DNA of 9,363 bases from a virus (lineage: Duplodnaviria > Heunggongvirae > Uroviricota > Caudoviricetes). The position numbers and the translations under genes are program-made. A model generated the notes under the pieces. The model did no database searches. It worked only from the letters and a program-made list of their open reading frames with translations, and was not told the DNA's origin. Numbering within the stretch: position 1 is the first letter of the stretch; each line of letters begins with the position of its first letter. The stretch is from IMG/VR virus record IMGVR_UViG_2711768060_000012, positions 1-9,363 of that record. The stretch is one strand, 5' to 3'. Of the stretch, positions 6,573-9,363 are shown piece after piece.

Positions 6573-6616
6573 TCAACACTGCACACTTCAAATATCAGTC
6601 TGAAACGAGGTGTTAC

Positions 6617-6820
6617 GTGAACGAAAAGAAAGCTGTATCGGTTTATCTCGACAATGAAACGGCGCTTGCCCTGTACCGTTTGCGCGAAGATATTCGCAAG
6701 AAAAATGCAGAAACGGGAATGGATCTTCCCACGCCAACAGTCGGCTGGCTTGCCCGTTCATTGTTGCGTCAAAGCCTGGGAATTAAGGCAGACAAAAAAG
6801 ATTTGCCTCATGAGGGGTAA
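6617..6820 (+). CDS. Small ribbon-helix-helix-like protein (67 aa) upstream of the capsid gene
   Basis: GTG at 6617 is preceded by GAGG (6607-6610) inside track ORF 6569-6820. KAVSVYLDNETALALYRLREDIRKK fits the RHH pattern of a beta-strand followed by a helix. Confidence 0.5.
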   Translation: MNEKKAVSVYLDNETALALYRLREDIRKKNAETGMDLPTPTVGWLARSLLRQSLGIKADKKDLPHEG

Positions 6821-6825
6821 GGTTG

Positions 6826-8667
6826 ATGGAAATTTCATTGTATGAGCCAATCGAAGGCGTAACCGCAAGACAGTTCCGCGATTCACTTATGGCTGCAAAA
6901 GGCCCGGTTACGGTTGCCATAAACAGCGGTGGCGGAAATGTAACTGACGGCATGGCGATGTTTAACGCCCTGAGAACGTACAAAGGCCACACGGTCGCAA
7001 GAATCGACGGTATCGCCGCATCAATGGCTACCATTGTTGCGCTCGGTGCCCGGCGTGTCGTGATGGCTGATAACGGCTGGTGGATGATCCATAACCCGTG
7101 GGGCGTTTTTGTTGGTGAATCGGAAGATCTCCGCAAAAAAGCCGACATGATGGAAAAAATCGGCAAGGCAATGCTTGATACCTACGTTGCCAAAACCGGA
7201 TTACCGGAATCAGAAATCAAAGCCATGATGGATGCTGAAACATGGCTGACGGCTGAGGAAGCGAAAGAAAAAGGATTTATTGATGAAATTTATCCGGCAG
7301 AGGGACAGGCATTAGCCATGGCCCCTGGTTGCGGATCACTGGTAGAGAAATTTACCAGAACGCCGGAAAGCATCATCGCATCGATGAAGAAAGGCGACAC
7401 GGGATCAGCAAACGAAAGAGAGAAGCGAAAAAAAGAAGCCGACGTTTTGTTTGCTTACTGGAAGAATTCTTCGTATGAGTGGTTGCCAGGAATTGTTGAA
7501 GAATTTATCAGCGGTTCCATCACTGCCGAAGAAGCACGTAAAAAACACTTAGAAAAACTGGCGGAAGAGACAACGCCGTGCGCAGGACCAGGAGCAATGA
7601 ACATGTATGCAGGTAACGGTAATATTGTTGGGGATTCAGTAAAAGCGGCGCTTATGGCACGCAGTGGACTGGCAGATGTGGAAAAAGATAACCGCTATAA
7701 CGGTTATTCATTGCGGGAACTGGCGCGCGCTTCTCTGGTGGATCGTGGGGTAAGCGGCATTCCCGGTAATCCGCTGGGCATGGTCGGAATGGCGTTTACT
7801 CACAGCAGTAGTGATTTTGGCGGCGTTCTTGCGGATGTGGCGCATAAATCATTACTGAAAGGCTGGGAAGATTCACCGGAGACGTTCCACGCCTGGACGA
7901 AAAAAGGCACTCTGACAGATTTTAAGGTTGCCCATCGTGTTGGTATGGATGGTTTTAAATCTTTGCGAAAAGTTTTACCAGGCAGTGAATACAAATACGC
8001 GTCCACGTCCGATCGCAGCGAGCCAATTGCACTGGCAACTTATGGCGAACTGTTCAGCATAGATCGCCAGGCAATCATCAATGACGATATGAGTGCGCTA
8101 ACTTCAATCCCCCAGCAAATGGGGGCAGCAGCAAGCCGCACAGTCGGAGATCTGGTTTATGCCGTTCTCGTGGCTAATCAGAGGATGGGCGATAAAAACC
8201 CGCTCTTTGATGCGAAACACAGCAATCTGATTAACAGCGAACTTGATATTCCAGGCCTGAGCGCAGCCCGTAAAGCTATGCGTATGCAAAAAAATAATGC
8301 TGGTGCTGTACTGAATATTCCGCCTCGTTTCCTGTTAGTTCCGGTAGAACTGGAAGACAGAGCAACCCAGCTTATTCGTTCTACGTCGCTACCAGACGCG
8401 CAGAACAGCGGTGTGTTTAATCCATACAATGATGCTCTGACAGTAATCACAGAAGCGCGGCTGGATGCCGACAGCGTGAAATCCTGGTATCTGCTTGCTG
8501 GTCAGGGAAGTGATACAATCGAAGTCGCTTATCTCGATGGTATTGATACCCCGTACCTGGAACAGCAGCAGGGCTTTACGGTTGATGGCGTTACTTTCAA
8601 AGTGCGCATTGATGCCGGAGTTTCTCCCCTGGACTGGCGCGGGATGGTTAAGTCATCAGGTGGCTAA
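6826..8667 (+). CDS. Prohead protease (ClpP/S14-like) fused to major capsid protein (HK97-fold)
   Basis: N-terminus AINSGGGNVTDGMAMFNALRTYKGHTVARIDGIAASMATIVALGARRVVMADNGWWMIHNPWG has ClpP-like Ser/His motifs. The long C-terminal domain resembles HK97-family capsid proteins. ATG at 6826; the track start at 6823 is TTG. Confidence 0.8.
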   Translation: MEISLYEPIEGVTARQFRDSLMAAKGPVTVAINSGGGNVTDGMAMFNALRTYKGHTVARIDGIAASMATIVALGARRVVMADNGWWMIHNPWGVFVGESEDLRKKADMMEKIGKAMLDTYVAKTGLPESEIKAMMDAETWLTAEEAKEKGFIDEIYPAEGQALAMAPGCGSLVEKFTRTPESIIASMKKGDTGSANEREKRKKEADVLFAYWKNSSYEWLPGIVEEFISGSITAEEARKKHLEKLAEETTPCAGPGAMNMYAGNGNIVGDSVKAALMARSGLADVEKDNRYNGYSLRELARASLVDRGVSGIPGNPLGMVGMAFTHSSSDFGGVLADVAHKSLLKGWEDSPETFHAWTKKGTLTDFKVAHRVGMDGFKSLRKVLPGSEYKYASTSDRSEPIALATYGELFSIDRQAIINDDMSALTSIPQQMGAAASRTVGDLVYAVLVANQRMGDKNPLFDAKHSNLINSELDIPGLSAARKAMRMQKNNAGAVLNIPPRFLLVPVELEDRATQLIRSTSLPDAQNSGVFNPYNDALTVITEARLDADSVKSWYLLAGQGSDTIEVAYLDGIDTPYLEQQQGFTVDGVTFKVRIDAGVSPLDWRGMVKSSGG

Positions 8668-8688
8668 TACACAATCAGGCATGTTATG

Positions 8689-8720
8689 TTTTTTTTGCGG
8701 CCTTCGGGCCGCTTTTTTTA
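8689..8720. terminator. Bidirectional intrinsic terminator after the capsid gene
   Basis: T8 - GCGGCC-TTCG-GGCCGC - T7: perfect 6-bp GC stem with a tetraloop, flanked by T tracts on both sides. Confidence 0.65.
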
Positions 8721-8766
8721 TGGGTCCTTCCTGAAAAATGGAACACCGGGGGGATGCGGACGCGCA
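8713..8766 (+). repeat. 54-bp direct repeat, copy 2
   Basis: Perfect match to 6242-6295. Starts at the T tract of the capsid terminator. Confidence 0.9.
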
Positions 8767-8880
8767 TAAATCGAGAGATTTTTGATATTTTATGCGTGCA
8801 GCAGCATAAGTTTAATGCTTTGATTTTTAACATTATTGATTTGTTTTGTTGAAAAAGCGACCGTGCAGTGAGGTGGTAAA

Positions 8881-9363
8881 GTGGAACTGAGCAAAATGCA
8901 GGTTAATGTCTCACAATTGGCAGACCTGGTAGGCATGAATCGAAATCTTGTTTCACGCCGTTTGCGTGAGCTGGAGCTTGTTGGCGGGAATGGTGAGAAT
9001 CTTAAATTGTATGAACTCGGTCCGGCACTTCAGGCACTACTGACCCCATCAATGAAAGAAAATGGTGAAATGTCACCACAGGATCGGAAAGCCTGGTATC
9101 AGTCAGAAAATGAAAGGCTGAAATTTGAAGCAGCTTCACGTGAATTACTCCCTGTCGAAGAGGTGGCCCGTGAATATTCATCTCTGGCTAAAGCCGTGGT
9201 CATGGTGCTGGAAACGTTACCGGATATTCTTGAGCGCGATTGCGCTCTCCAGCCTTCTGCAGTCATGCGAGTACAACGCATTATTGATGATCTACGTGAT
9301 GAAATGGCGAGAAAGATAGCAGAAAGCGATTCAGATAATGGCTGGCCTGCATGTGCAAGATGA
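8881..9363 (+). CDS. Terminase small subunit, lambda Nu1-like
   Basis: MQVNVSQLADLVGMNRNLVSRRLRELEL...NLKLYELGPALQAL parallels the Nu1 N-terminal wHTH (VNKKQLADIFGASIRTIQNWQEQGMP...NEVLYDSAAVIKWY). Start is either GTG 8881 (GAGGTGG upstream) or ATG 8896. Stop coincides with the window end. Confidence 0.75.
   Translation: MELSKMQVNVSQLADLVGMNRNLVSRRLRELELVGGNGENLKLYELGPALQALLTPSMKENGEMSPQDRKAWYQSENERLKFEAASRELLPVEEVAREYSSLAKAVVMVLETLPDILERDCALQPSAVMRVQRIIDDLRDEMARKIAESDSDNGWPACAR

Larger units (their letters stand above)
1..9363 (+). mobile_element. Segment of an integrated phage satellite / P4-like or PICI-like island (integrase, AlpA, replication module, capsid and small terminase)
   Basis: Co-linear + strand gene order int-alpA-small genes-helicase-iterons-SSB-capsid-TerS. 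Recognised from protein motifs by eye; element boundaries and att sites are not inside the window. Confidence 0.7.

Noticed and set aside
6654-6845. 63-aa + strand ORF overlapping the RHH-like gene and the capsid start
   Set aside because: It is out of frame within the better-supported 6617-6820 gene, has no RBS and reads across the capsid start.
1-9363. CRISPR array, tRNA/tmRNA or rRNA
   Set aside because: No spaced repeat-spacer array and no cloverleaf-like tRNA sequence were seen. The integration target (probably a tRNA gene) and att sites are presumably outside the window, beyond the int end.

Overview
This window reads as a contiguous segment of an integrated phage-satellite-type mobile element (P4-like / PICI-like) from an enterobacterial genome, with almost all genes on the + strand. 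Annotation is from sequence reading and recalled family signatures only; no database search was run. Gene order: P4-type tyrosine integrase (1-1218), AlpA-family regulator (1595-1783), a leftward-transcribed small ribbon-helix-helix-like gene (2359-2180) with flanking hairpins and terminators, a string of small translationally coupled genes (Icd-like 2553-2756, 70 aa, acidic 155 aa, a 69-codon gene broken at a G7 tract, 99 aa), a RepA/AAA-type replicative helicase (3921-5336), an iteron array (likely ori), an 83-aa gene, SSB (5786-6208), a small RHH-like gene, a ClpP-like prohead protease fused to an HK97-fold major capsid protein (6826-8667), and a lambda Nu1-like small terminase (8881-9363). 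Observations I rate most worth follow-up: a perfect 54-bp direct repeat placed just after two different terminators and ahead of the capsid and terminase modules; two poly-G tracts (G10 in frame, G7 frameshifting) in adjacent accessory genes; a leftward regulatory locus with a 13-bp palindrome and a candidate ~70-nt sRNA; and 10-bp-phased repeat arrays downstream of int. I could not identify a recognisable defence system. The uncharacterised small genes between alpA and rep are the most likely place for novel helper-interference or anti-defence functions.
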